The position numbers and the translations under genes were made by a program. Below the pieces are notes generated by a model. That model saw only the letters and a program-made list of their open reading frames with translations, was not told the origin of the DNA and made no database searches. Shown one piece after another: positions 13,416-24,856 of a stretch of DNA of 64,000 nt. Position 1 is the first letter of the stretch; each line of letters opens with the position of its first letter. The stretch is from Ancylonema sp. (Eukaryota), in the NCBI GenBank assembly GCA_050230475.1, contig JBFLGF010000066.1, positions 1-64,000 on the forward strand. The letters run 5' to 3'.

Positions 13416-14817
13416 TCATACTCTCAAACTGCCAACTGTCAACCCTCCTGCCGCCGCCTGATTGGCCGCCCTGTTGCTCCCAAATTCCCTCACATTACTC
13501 TCACGTGCGATACGACTTCCGAACTGCAAGCGGGCCCCACAAACTCATCACTGTGAACATCCACACGGAGACAGCCAGGTGTCAAGCTCATAGGAGCTCC
13601 CACCTGTATGGCTCGTTTTGGGAGCAGAGCAGCCCCCTTAATCCCCACCCGACGTGCCACCTGTCAGCCCCCCCTGCCACTTGTCATCCCATCTTGCCAC
13701 CTGTCATCTTGCCACCTGTCCTATATGGAGAACAACACCGGCATCCCCACGGCAGACTGACAGGTGGCATGCCAGACCACGCCACCACCGCCAGCTCACC
13801 TCCCGCAGAATCATCTTATCTCCCACGCCAGCTGGCAACCTGAGGTCCACAATCGCACCAAGTGGCAGATTGAGGAGGTGCCACATCACCTCCTCGTCCA
13901 GAAAGGGAAAACGCGTCTGCAAACACCTCCCAGTCCCACAGAGTAAGTGATCAGACTTGACCTGGACTGTTAACTAGGGTTAAAATAAGGGTCACTTAGA
14001 GCATTTACCTCCTTCCCACGGTCTGCTATGCATCGGTCATCTCTCCCCAAATTCCGCGTCCACAACCGACGCACATCCATTCGCATCTCCTCCTCAAGAC
14101 CCTGCCACCTGTCACCTCCCCACACGTCGCTCGGTACCGATGATGCCAATGGCGCGCCACGTGGCATCACCACAGGCCCCCTCGCTGCATCTCCCAGTCA
14201 CAGCAACATGCGAATGGAATCGATCGTAGATGACCACCCCATCCCCTCTCCGTCATAAACAATGCACCCTCTTCATAACAAACCCTTCCTGCACCCAATA
14301 GCCCACACAGGGGGGGGGTGCATACCCCCCTGCCTTGAATTTTGTCCTGTAGCGGGCGTACCCCCCGCACAGCTCGTCCGCTCCTGTGCCGACCAGTAGG
14401 ATGCGAGCACTGGTGGAGCCACCTGAGGCAAACCAGAGAGCAGCTCCGATGTTGAGGTCCTGTGAGAGGGGGGAGGAGATAGGGCACTTCGCATAAGCGG
14501 TCTCACTAGCACAACAAAAACAAACGGAAAGGAGAAGCTGCCTAAGGGGGGCCAGTAGAGGAGGAGGGTCTGATTGAGAGAGATAGCACATGTGAGCAGC
14601 TCCAGATAAACATGCATTATCTATCTCTATATATATACATGTATATACAAACACATATATATATATACATATGTATGTATATATAGATATATAAATATAT
14701 ACATATAAATACATATATAAACACATATACATATAAATACAGATATATATATATACATGTAAATACATATATATACACACATATATACATATATATAGAT
14801 ATGTATATATATACGCA

Positions 14818-14850
<33 letters not shown>

Positions 14851-15733
14851 GTGTATATATATATACATAGTTTGAAGCAAGCTGACCATGTAGGTGGGGG
14901 ATGGGCAGATGAGGGAGAGGATGCGGGTGCGGTGGGCCTCCACGTGTGCCAACGTGGCATCCACCTCTATCAAATGCCACCTGGCATGCCAAGTGGACCC
15001 AGAAGGACGGTTTTTTTTGTTCCTGAGAATGGTTAACCCACAGGCCAATGGGCTGCATGCTGACGTGGACTTCTGGCAATGCAGCCAGGCGTGAGTGACA
15101 GCTGTCAGTGGGAGAGGGGAGGGGGGAGGGGGTTCTAGACAAGGCCTGCCCACCTTCGGTGTGGTGACAGCTGGCGCAATTCCGCAACGCCACTTGTCGC
15201 CGTCTGACGGTCAGGGGCAGAAGCCCCCCCGAAACTGACGTTGAGAAGGTCAATGCCCACTGGAGAAGGGGGGGGGGGGTTGCTCTTTTGCACAGCTCCT
15301 TCCATTTCTCGACCCTCTTTTTTCAAATAATGTACGGTATGTTTGAAATATAACATACATAATTTGTAATGGCTAATACATGATGTTTAATGTGTAATAG
15401 TTTAGCAAAAGAGAATGGAGGATAGAAGACGCATGATGAAGACCTTGCTATTCGAAACAATCAATCGAAGATAATGGTTTCAGGGATACAAAAAGAGACA
15501 CTGGATAGAGTCGATCATATATATATATATATTTTTATATATATATATATATGCACATATATATATATTTTTACATATGTATATATATACATATATATAT
15601 GTATATGTGTATATATATATATATGTGTATATATATATGTATGTACATACGTATACATATGTGTGTATACATATTTATGTGTATATGTATGTATATATAT
15701 GTATATGTATATACATATATGTGTATACGTATG

Positions 15734-15823
<90 letters not shown>

Positions 15824-18800
15824 CGATGAAGCATGTCCATATCAGGCAGCCAGGTGAAAATCGGGTGAATAGGGCGTTCGCCATTCTGCCATGTTTTCAG
15901 CAGAGGCAGAAACGACATTGGCAAAAGTCACATGGGCTGACCGTGGGGTGCCACGTGGCGATCAGCGAGGACAGCGAGCAGCATGGAGTCCAATCCTCCC
16001 GAAAACAACACTGCCACGTCACCACTCCCTGCTGATGTGGCACGTTCTGATTCTTTCCGACCTGCGCGCAGAAACGAGTGACGTGTCGGTCCCTCCTTGG
16101 GGAAGTTTTATCCATACCCTTTGCTGACATCACCGTAGGCATGGCTGTTTGCGCATACAGAGGAGGAGTGATGAAAATTATCGATGCTGATGTAATTTTT
16201 TTTGAACTATGATACCACTTCATCATCAATCGTTTTCGCTATTTCACATTTTCCGATTCCAATTCATCCTCAACACCATCACTGTTATGACCTTACTTGA
16301 TTTGTTTCTGATACTTCTGATTTTCCTATCTTCGATGTTGTTAACAATGTTTTTACTATCACATTATTTTATGTTGTCAATTTATACCAGTTTTTACAAT
16401 CATCACATCTGCCACCACATGCACTCTAATTGTTCTCCTACTTCTCCCAAGTATCGATATCATATCATTATCAAAGTTTATTTCCAGGTTCAAGGTATGT
16501 CAGCATGTCAGTACTCATATTCTCGATATCGCCATGCACATGGACACCATCATCACCATTATTCCTACCACGAATATCAGCCCCCTCATAATTGATAAAG
16601 TAGTCAAAACCATGAGCCAGCAACAGAACAACGAAGGATAGTTTCCATAGCCTCCTAAGGGTTTCCCGCCCCCCTCCTTACCCCCCTCCCTCACATTCTC
16701 GACTCTCCTTTTCACTGCTGAGCTCAGCACACGCAGCAGGCCATCCACGTCAGCAGCGTCCAGACCGCCACCTGGCACATCAGGAGGGGCCCACCTCGGG
16801 CCCTCATGTGGCGATGCTGAGGTGGAGGGGTCTGTCCTCTGCCAGGTGGCAAGTGACGATCAGAGCGGGTCCTCCCACGTGTGTGAAGCGTGCCAGCCAA
16901 TGAGAGAAGGGGAGATGACCAAGCTGAAGATGCCACATGGCACGTCCTCCCAATACTCAAATGCTGACGTGGCACTCCCTGTCCCACGAGGCAACGGGGA
17001 GGAGGCTTCCCCACACCGCGCCACCTGTCCTCTCGGGAGGGCGGAGACGGAGGTCAAGAGGAAGCGAGGGTCGTGGAGGGTGGGGCGATGGAGGAGGAGA
17101 CTTTTTCGGCCAATCACGTCGCGGCCGTACCAGATGGTGCTCGAGGCTGCCTGCCAGGTGGCACAGTGGGCCAGGAGGAAGAGTTGGGGGGAAGGATGGC
17201 TTTTTTGGTATCCTCGATCGTTTCCAACTCATCGGCAGAAATGACCCGTTGGGCAGACATGGGGCAGAAATGGGGCAGAAATGGGACAGAAACGGGGCAG
17301 AAATGCGGCAGAAAGGAGGTACCTGCCAGAAAATCACCGCCCAGGGGCCTCGAATCGTGGACAGAATCTGCGGAACCGTGTCATTGGACGTGGAGGTTGA
17401 TGCGTCAGAACCGGATATACCAGCAGCTGCCAGGTAGCGCAATAGCACTTGGGTGTCGTTCTCATCTGGGAGCACGGGCAGACCCCCGAAAATTTCACCT
17501 GCCCGTCCCCCACCCAAGCACGGGCACAACAAAAACCATTAAACCTGCCCGGGAAAAAGAATGGTGCCTCGAGGGTCATCATGACATCATGACATCGTGA
17601 CATCATGACATCGTGACATCATGACATCGTGACATCATGACATCGTGACATCATGACATCATGACATCGTGACATCATGACATCGTGACATCATGACATC
17701 ATTACATCGTGACATCATGACATCGTGACATCATGACTTCATGACATCATGACATCATGACATCATGACATCATCATTCCGCCAAATACGTCCTCTCACC
17801 CTTCAGACTACTTCAGAATACTGGCAGGGAGCGTTTCATTTGGATTACTGGGAAATGTGTGGGTGTGTGACCTCCCCCTCGATATAAGGGCATGTTATTC
17901 TCACCACTGAAAACCAGAACATTGCCACCTGTGTCCTGCACGGGCTGCTGGACCACCTGCGACCCACGGAGCTGTAGGGTCGCAGCCGCAAACTCCACCG
18001 TGCCAGCTGTCATGCTCTCAGCTGCACCGAGGACAGACAGACCAGGGGCGGATCTGGCACTCACCTCGCCTCTGTTTTCGTGAGGACTGTGTGCTGCCAG
18101 CTGGCATCCCTCATCCGCCATTGGCTGCCTCGAGGCAGCCGGCGCCATGTCATTCGGCACACCTGAGGTGTCATTGTCGTGGATTGGCCCTTGCACCATG
18201 GAGGAGTGGGGCCCACGGGGTGGAGGTGGCGGATTGTGCGAATCCGGACGAAGGTATGGCATGCAAGTCGAGTCTATGGAGTCTTCGTTGACACAGAGTT
18301 GGAGGGATAGGGTTGATAACGAGTCGGGACCCCGTCTAGATAACGCCTCCCCCAACTCCTGGGTCGAGGGACACAGGATGACGTCATGCCCAGCCTCATC
18401 TGACATTGTTCTCGGCGAACTGTCCTCCTGCACATGTTGATAGTTCGAAAATGAGAATCGTTTGTTTCGTGACAATGTGAGGATGTGATTTATTTTTTTC
18501 TTCCTCCTTTCTGGCGAAGCAGCAAGGTGGAGCAGCGGCCCCATTGAGGCCCGCTGATGTCCCTTACCGCACTGTTCGACATCCGTATTATTTAATCTAT
18601 ATTTTTTTCATTTTCATATTTGTTTGTTGTCTCAAAGAGTTTCATTGTTTAGCGGCGGCAAGAATGTTATAACAGGAATGTCTTCACGAATAGACCACGA
18701 AGTGACAAAGACAGATGCAATTGCAAACTGTTTAGATTTTGACATGATGGTGTAAACCACGACTTCTTCATATTTTTTTAATGCACTCGATGAAGACATT

Positions 18801-19039
18801 TTCGAGATTATCTGATCCCGTTTCCATCACAAATTCCAGTTATCATTTCATAATACCTGAGGCAATGTTGACCACTGACACCTGTCCCCAGGTCTGCACC
18901 CTGAATTCCCCCCAATGGCTCGTCCAGCTCGTCCAGGTTGGGCAACATGATTATCAGAAGCGGAGAATAATCCTTCGTTCAGCTCACATTCGGCACATCG
19001 GACAGGGATGCCCGAGAGTACCAGGCATATACCGCACAT
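13416..19039 (-). CDS. ASNSD1: Asparagine synthetase domain-containing protein 1 (ASNSD1/YML096W-like), multi-exon
   Basis: N-terminal [98 protein letters not shown]. Stop TGA at 13416-13418. Confidence 0.9.
14618..14868. repeat. Degenerate (TA)n microsatellite in an ASNSD1 intron
   Basis: About 250 bp of TA with CA/TG interruptions. Confidence 0.9.
15517..15820. repeat. Degenerate (TA)n microsatellite in an ASNSD1 intron
   Basis: About 300 bp, close to pure TA at its right end. Confidence 0.9.
17577..17776. repeat. 8-bp minisatellite (GACATCRT)n in an ASNSD1 intron
   Basis: About 24 tandem units, GACATCAT and GACATCGT often alternating. Confidence 0.92.
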
Positions 19040-19709
19040 GTCGCGCCAATCACGCCGGAATCAAGAGCTACTCACCATGTGCATCTGGATTGGATGCAAC
19101 AGAAATGACAATCATGCACCAGATTGCTTGAGAAGGTGGCGATGAATCATTCCATTTGGAATTACGTTCCGCTCTCACCGGACCGATCTACTCCTGTAGC
19201 TCTGCGTTCTCTGCAGGGAAGACACCATTCCGTCTCTCCCGGCCTTGTCTGTCGTTGGTTGACTTTGTTCTCCCACGGATAGAAAACATACAGCAAATAT
19301 GAACAATTGCAGACCGTCGATTGACTAAACGTTATAAAACGTTATATAATCTACGATTCTCTCTTATAAACTAAACGTTATAAACTTTGCGCTACAGTTG
19401 CGATCCTCGGGGTGCATCAAATTGGCACGTCCTGGGCAGGGCTGATTGCTACCCGGAACCGTATATACCGTGTACCGAACACCAATTTGGCAATTGAACT
19501 ACGAGGTCAATTCTTCGGCAGAAACCACATCGCTCTGTAATATCGCGTAGTAAAGAACAAACTTCCGTCTGGCATACCGATATCGCTCTAACGAACATAT
19601 ATGCGACTGCCCAGTTTTTCGTTTGTCATATCAGTTCCGGCTCCGCCACCAGAATACCCTCTTCCACCTGCCCACCATTTTGTTATCCATCAACCCCACA
19701 CGAGCAGCC

Positions 19710-20379
19710 ATGTCGGGGATCTCTGTCGGAGCAGGGAAAGGGCACGTGGTCACCCGGCGGGAGAAGGCCGCTGAACGCCCTGCGTTAAGGAAGGGGGTGA
19801 GGACTTTGGCCCTTCACCGGTTGTGGTTTATCAGGGTTTATGTTTTAAATTCACCAGTCGCTCGGTTGTCTGCTGACTGGGACTGGAGGTATGTGTTCAG
19901 AGGACGTAGATTTGTCTGATTGTCGGCCAGCTAGGAGGACTGCTTATGTATCAATTGACAGGAATTCGAGCACTACTTGCACTGTGAAGCCTAGGCAGCT
20001 GCCGTTTCTCCACCCATAAGTTTTCAATACACCACACTCAAGTTATGCAGCAAATGACTTCCGCGACAGTTTTATGAGCATTGTCGAATTCTCACCGTTC
20101 GTCAATTTGTGGGGCTCTCAGATTGCTGGCAAGCGTGTGAAGTTTGTGCGATCACTCATCCGCGAGGTTGTTGGTTTTGCGCCGTACGAGAAGCGAATTC
20201 AGGAGCTTTTGAAGGTTGGGAAAGATAAGCGCGCACTGAAACTCGCGAAGAAGAAGCTTGGGACGCACTTGAGGGCTAAGCGAAAGGGGTGGAGGTGGCG
20301 GATTGTGCGAATCCGGACGAAGATATGGCATGCAAGTCGAGTCCATGGAGTCTTCGGGGACGCACAGTTGGAGGGATAG
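19710..20379 (+). pseudogene. RPL36: 3'-truncated/chimeric RPL36 copy
   Basis: Matches 21761-22337 up to RAKRK, then reads across the junction as GWRWRIV... to a stop at 20379. Confidence 0.75.
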
Positions 20380-21088
20380 GGTTGATAACGAGTCGGGACC
20401 GCGTCTGGATAACGCCTCCCCCAACTCCTGGGTCGAGGGAAACATGATGACGTCATGCCTAGCCTCATCTGACATCGGCTTCGGCGAACTTTCCTCCTGC
20501 ACACGTGGATAGTTCGAAAATGAGAATCGCGTGTTTCGTGACAATGGGAGGATGCGATTTATTTTTTTCTCCCTCCTTTCTGGCGAAGCCCCATTGAGGC
20601 CCGCTGATGTCCCTTGGCGCACTGTTCGACATCCACATTATTGAACCTACATTCTTTCATTTTCATGTTTGTTTTTTGTCTCAAAGAGTTTCATTGTTCA
20701 GCGGCGGCAAGAATGTTACGACAGGAATGTCTTAACGAATAGACCACGAAGTGACAAAGACAGATGCAATCGCAAATTGTTCAGATTTTGGCGTGATGGT
20801 GAAAACCACGACGTCTTCATATTTTTTCAATGCACGCGATGAAAATATTTTCGAGATTATTTGATCCTGTTTCCATCACAAACTCCAGTGATCATTTCAT
20901 TACACCTGAGGCAATGTTGACCACTGACACCTGTCCCCGGGTCTGCACCCTGAAATCCCCCCAATGGCTCGTCCAGCTCGTCCAGGTTGGGCAACATAAT
21001 TATCAGAAACGGAGAATAATCCTTCGTTCAGCTCACATTCGGCACATCGGACAGGGATGCCCGAGAGTACCAGGCATATTCCGCACAT
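20286..21088 (-). pseudogene. Truncated, diverged copy of the ASNSD1 5' exons
   Basis: The [10 protein letters not shown] exon and the [10 protein letters not shown] exon are intact but end at the duplication junction. Confidence 0.75.
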
Positions 21089-21760
21089 GTCGCGCCAATC
21101 ACGCCAGAATCAAGAGCTACTCACCATGTGCATCCGGATTGGATGCAACAGAGACGAAAATCATGCACCAGATTGCGTGGGAAGGCGGCAACGAATCATT
21201 CCATCTGAGAATTACGTTCCGCTCTTACCGGACTGATCAACTCCTGAAGCTCTGCTTTCTCTGCAGGGAAGACACCATTCCGTCTCTCCCGGCCTTGTTT
21301 GTCGTTGGTTGACTTTGTTCTCCCACAGATAGAAAACAATCAGCAAATATGAACAATTGCAGACCGCCGATTGACTAAACGTTATAAACCGTTATATAAT
21401 CTACGATTCTCTCTTGTAGACTAAACGTTATAAAATTGGCGCTACAGTCGCGATCCTCGGGGCGCAACAAATTAGCAAATCCTGGGCACGTCCTGATTGC
21501 TACCCGGAACCGTATATACCGTGTACCGAACACCAATTTGGCAATTGAACTACGAGGTCAATTCTTCGGCAGAAACCACATCGCTCTGTAATATCGCGTA
21601 GTAAAGAACAAACTTCCGTCTGGCATACCGATATCGCTCTAACGAACATATATGCGACTGCCCAGTTTTTCGTTTGTCATATCAGTTCCGGCTCCGCCAC
21701 CAGAATACCCTCTTCCACCTGCCCACCATTTTGTTATCCATCAACCCCACACGAGCAGCC

Positions 21761-22376
21761 ATGTCGGGGATCTCTGTCGGAGCAGGGAAAGGGCACGTGG
21801 TCACCCGGCGGGAGAAGGCCGCTGAACGCCCTGCGTTAAGGAAGGGGGTGAGGACTTTGGCCCTTCACCGGTTGTGGTTTATCAGGGTTTATGTTTTAAA
21901 TTCACCAGTCGCTCGGTTGTCTGCTGACTGGGACTGGAGGTATGTGTTCAGAGGACGTAGATTTGTCTGATTGTCGGCCAGCTAGGAGGACTGCTTATGT
22001 ATCAATTGACAGGAATTCGAGCACTACTTGCACTGTGAAGCCTAGGCAGCTGCCGTTTCTCCACCCATAAGTTTTCAATACACCACACTCAAGTTATGCA
22101 GCAAATGACTTCCGCGACAGTTTTATGAGCATTGTCGAATTCTCACCGTTCGTCAATTTGTGGGGCTCTCAGATTGCTGGCAAGCGTGTGAAGTTTGTGC
22201 GATCACTCATCCGCGAGGTTGTTGGTTTTGCGCCGTACGAGAAGCGAATTCAGGAGCTTTTGAAGGTTGGGAAAGATAAGCGCGCACTGAAACTCGCGAA
22301 GAAGAAGCTTGGGACGCACTTGAGGGCTAAGCGAAAGCGTGAAGACATGACAGCGACTCTCAGGAAGATTAGGTGA
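21761..22376 (+). CDS. RPL36: 60S ribosomal protein L36 (eL36), 2 exons (21761-21847, 22173-22376), 96 aa
   Basis: [61 protein letters not shown]; phase-0 GT-AG intron. Confidence 0.96.
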
Positions 22377-24550
22377 GGAATCATCGATGGGCCTCGAAAT
22401 TAGTCTGAAAGGAACCGGCATTTAGGGTTGGACAGGTAAACAGTACTCAATGAAGGTCTGCTCGCAATCTGTAGCTACCAGCTACGCACCCCCTTAGGCT
22501 GAAATGATACGCTGCACCATGTAGTAGATACGCTGCACCTACTAGTCTCTGCACTAGTAGGACCAAATCTTCAAAGACTGTGGATACGATGGAGCCAGTG
22601 TGGAAAACAGAAGCAGAGAAAAGGAAAAAAACTAGAGCATGAGACTCTGCCTAGTACACCAGAGACAATTCAGATTACGTACAACAGGAGATTGCTCAGG
22701 AAACTATACGGGATACAGGTTGCTCCATATATCACGTCACGGATTGGCATATGGGTAGCGACGTCACCTCTTATCCTTGGGAAAGTCTGCAAGCTCTCAG
22801 TTTCTGATGACAAGGTCGGATGAATGTGTTGCCAAGAGGTATGGGAGTATTGAGTGGGTCTGACCAATGCCTCCTTTTATGGTGCAGGGCGGCTGGCAAG
22901 TAGGAGCTTCCATGTGGCGCTGTGGATAATAGAGCATCACATATTGAGGGTGTTCTTGCGTGCTCCGATCGTTTTCGCACAGCTTTCTGTAATTGCAAAT
23001 TTGTGTGACAAGTGTTTATACAAAAAACTGATCTCATCGCACATTGCATCGTCACATTATATTGTGTTTTGCTCTCAACTTTCGCGCTGCATGTGGCGTC
23101 CACAAGTGAATGGTGATGGAGATTTATTCCCGGAGATGTGTAAATTCATTTATTATGTCGACAATGGATCCTAAAGGGATCCTATGGGGTGGCACGTGGA
23201 CTCATAACTCGATTGTTATTTGTATTACCCGTCGTTATCACGACATGTCAATGACATGCTAGTGGTCGTATTTATAATAGACGACACGCGACACACGATC
23301 TTGTGTTGTGCAACTATGAGTGAATATACACCCCTTGTGAGCTTGGCCTGCAAGACCACACGAAAATCAAACTTTCCAGTGGTCCAACATGCAATGGTTG
23401 CGACTAAGAAAATAAAGTTGCTAGCAATTCCTTGGATAGAGGTCCATTCTCACGCTAGTAGTAACTCGTCCAAGTTTTTGTCTCTTGTCTCAAGAGCTTT
23501 CACGGAAGAAATTACCCATAAGGGGTATTCTTTAACGTTTGTGGACTTTTAGTCGTGAATGCCACTCCATACTTCGACTCATGTCTCCAACTCTTCTCTT
23601 TGATAGTGGCAATTATTTTGTAGTAATTGCCGAGCGGCTAGGGTCTGGCAGGAAAACCCTAAATAAAAAATTCCCCAAGCAATTGAGAGCAGGCTAAAAA
23701 GTGACTAAAGTAGTGGATGAAACAAGAAGTTTGGTTTCAGGGTGGGTTGGGTTCCTGGAAGTCTATCTACTGGAGCTGACAAAATGTCACCGCTAGCAGC
23801 TCCGCTTGCCAATCACTTAAAAACTGACATTTATTGATTTTTGGTTGATTTCTGAATTTGGCTCAAAACATAAACTAAATCGTTTCAGATGTGAACATTT
23901 TCCCAAGGCAAGATATTGCTTGAGTTCTGAATGTGAGAGTTCGAAAGTGTAACGAATGCGAACACTTTGAATTTAGTTGTAAACTCTATCCATCACCAAA
24001 TTACCCGACCAACAACTCGTACGAATGTACAAGTTGTATAGAGACTAAATGCATGTACCAGCTAGGATGTAGACAAAGCGATAACAATGCACAATGAATG
24101 CAAGGAGAGCGCTAAACATCGCTAGGGCACACTCTGAAACGACAAGGTTAGAGTGTTACAAAAATGTCATGTAAGGTCCTAATTGTTAGCTCGTACAAGA
24201 TCGGTAGTATAGATTCGTTACATCGACATAAACATGCGTGATTTAGAACGAATAATACAACAGTTATTGAACATATTTGATTTGATGAGTATATACTGTA
24301 CTTATTAGAGTCACGTATTTTGTCACGATCAGGAAAAGAATCTGTCACCATCAAAACCAGATTGTCACTATCATAGAAAGCTCGGTTGATTAACACAACT
24401 TATCTAGGAGATTGACACAATACAATTGGTCTAAGATGACACGCCGTTTTGTCCTTTAGTGTCGATTCAATGCCCAAGCAGGTCGTATGTACGTCAACTT
24501 AGCTCACTCGACGCATCGTGTTTGAAGTGAGCCGCGCGTATAGGTGTTCG

Positions 24551-24856
24551 TGTTAGGATGCTACAATGAAGAAAGCATCCTAGCTTAGGAAAGCACGATA
24601 CATACACACAAACACTCAAATTGGAAATAGGGAAGCACTAAGTGTATGGAAAGTACATGAATTGTTAGGAGCGAATGTAAGTGAGCTCCGAACATCTATA
24701 AATAAGAAAAAGGAACATGCTCTAATGTGGGATAAAGATCACTAAAGACAAACACACGCTAGAGGCACAACTAGGCTATAGGGTAGAAGCACACTAGTGC
24801 GGGTTAGGCACACTCGCTAGGGGAACACTAGTGACTATAGAAGAGTGGTCCTAACA
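24551..24856. mobile_element. Probable solo LTR (306 bp)
   Basis: Ends TGTTAGGA...TCCTAACA (8-bp inverted termini, TG..CA); flanked by TTCG at 24547-24550 and 24857-24860; internal TATAAATA at 24697-24704. Confidence 0.65.

Larger units (their letters stand above)
18217..22337. repeat. Tandem duplication of about 2.05 kb (ASNSD1 5' end + shared promoter + RPL36)
   Basis: Copy A 18217-20285, copy B 20286-22337; junction cgaaa-G-gggtggagg with 1-bp microhomology. Confidence 0.92.

Noticed and set aside
14253..16035. Long Ile/Tyr-rich ORFs
   Set aside because: These are translations of intronic (TA)n repeats.
17577..17776. CRISPR-like array
   Set aside because: No unique spacers; eukaryotic intron context.
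19040..19300. ASDURF-like upstream ORF of ASNSD1
   Set aside because: Only very short uORFs, most differing between the two copies, and no prefoldin-like sequence recognised; splice-like signals near 19075 and 19178 are unresolved.
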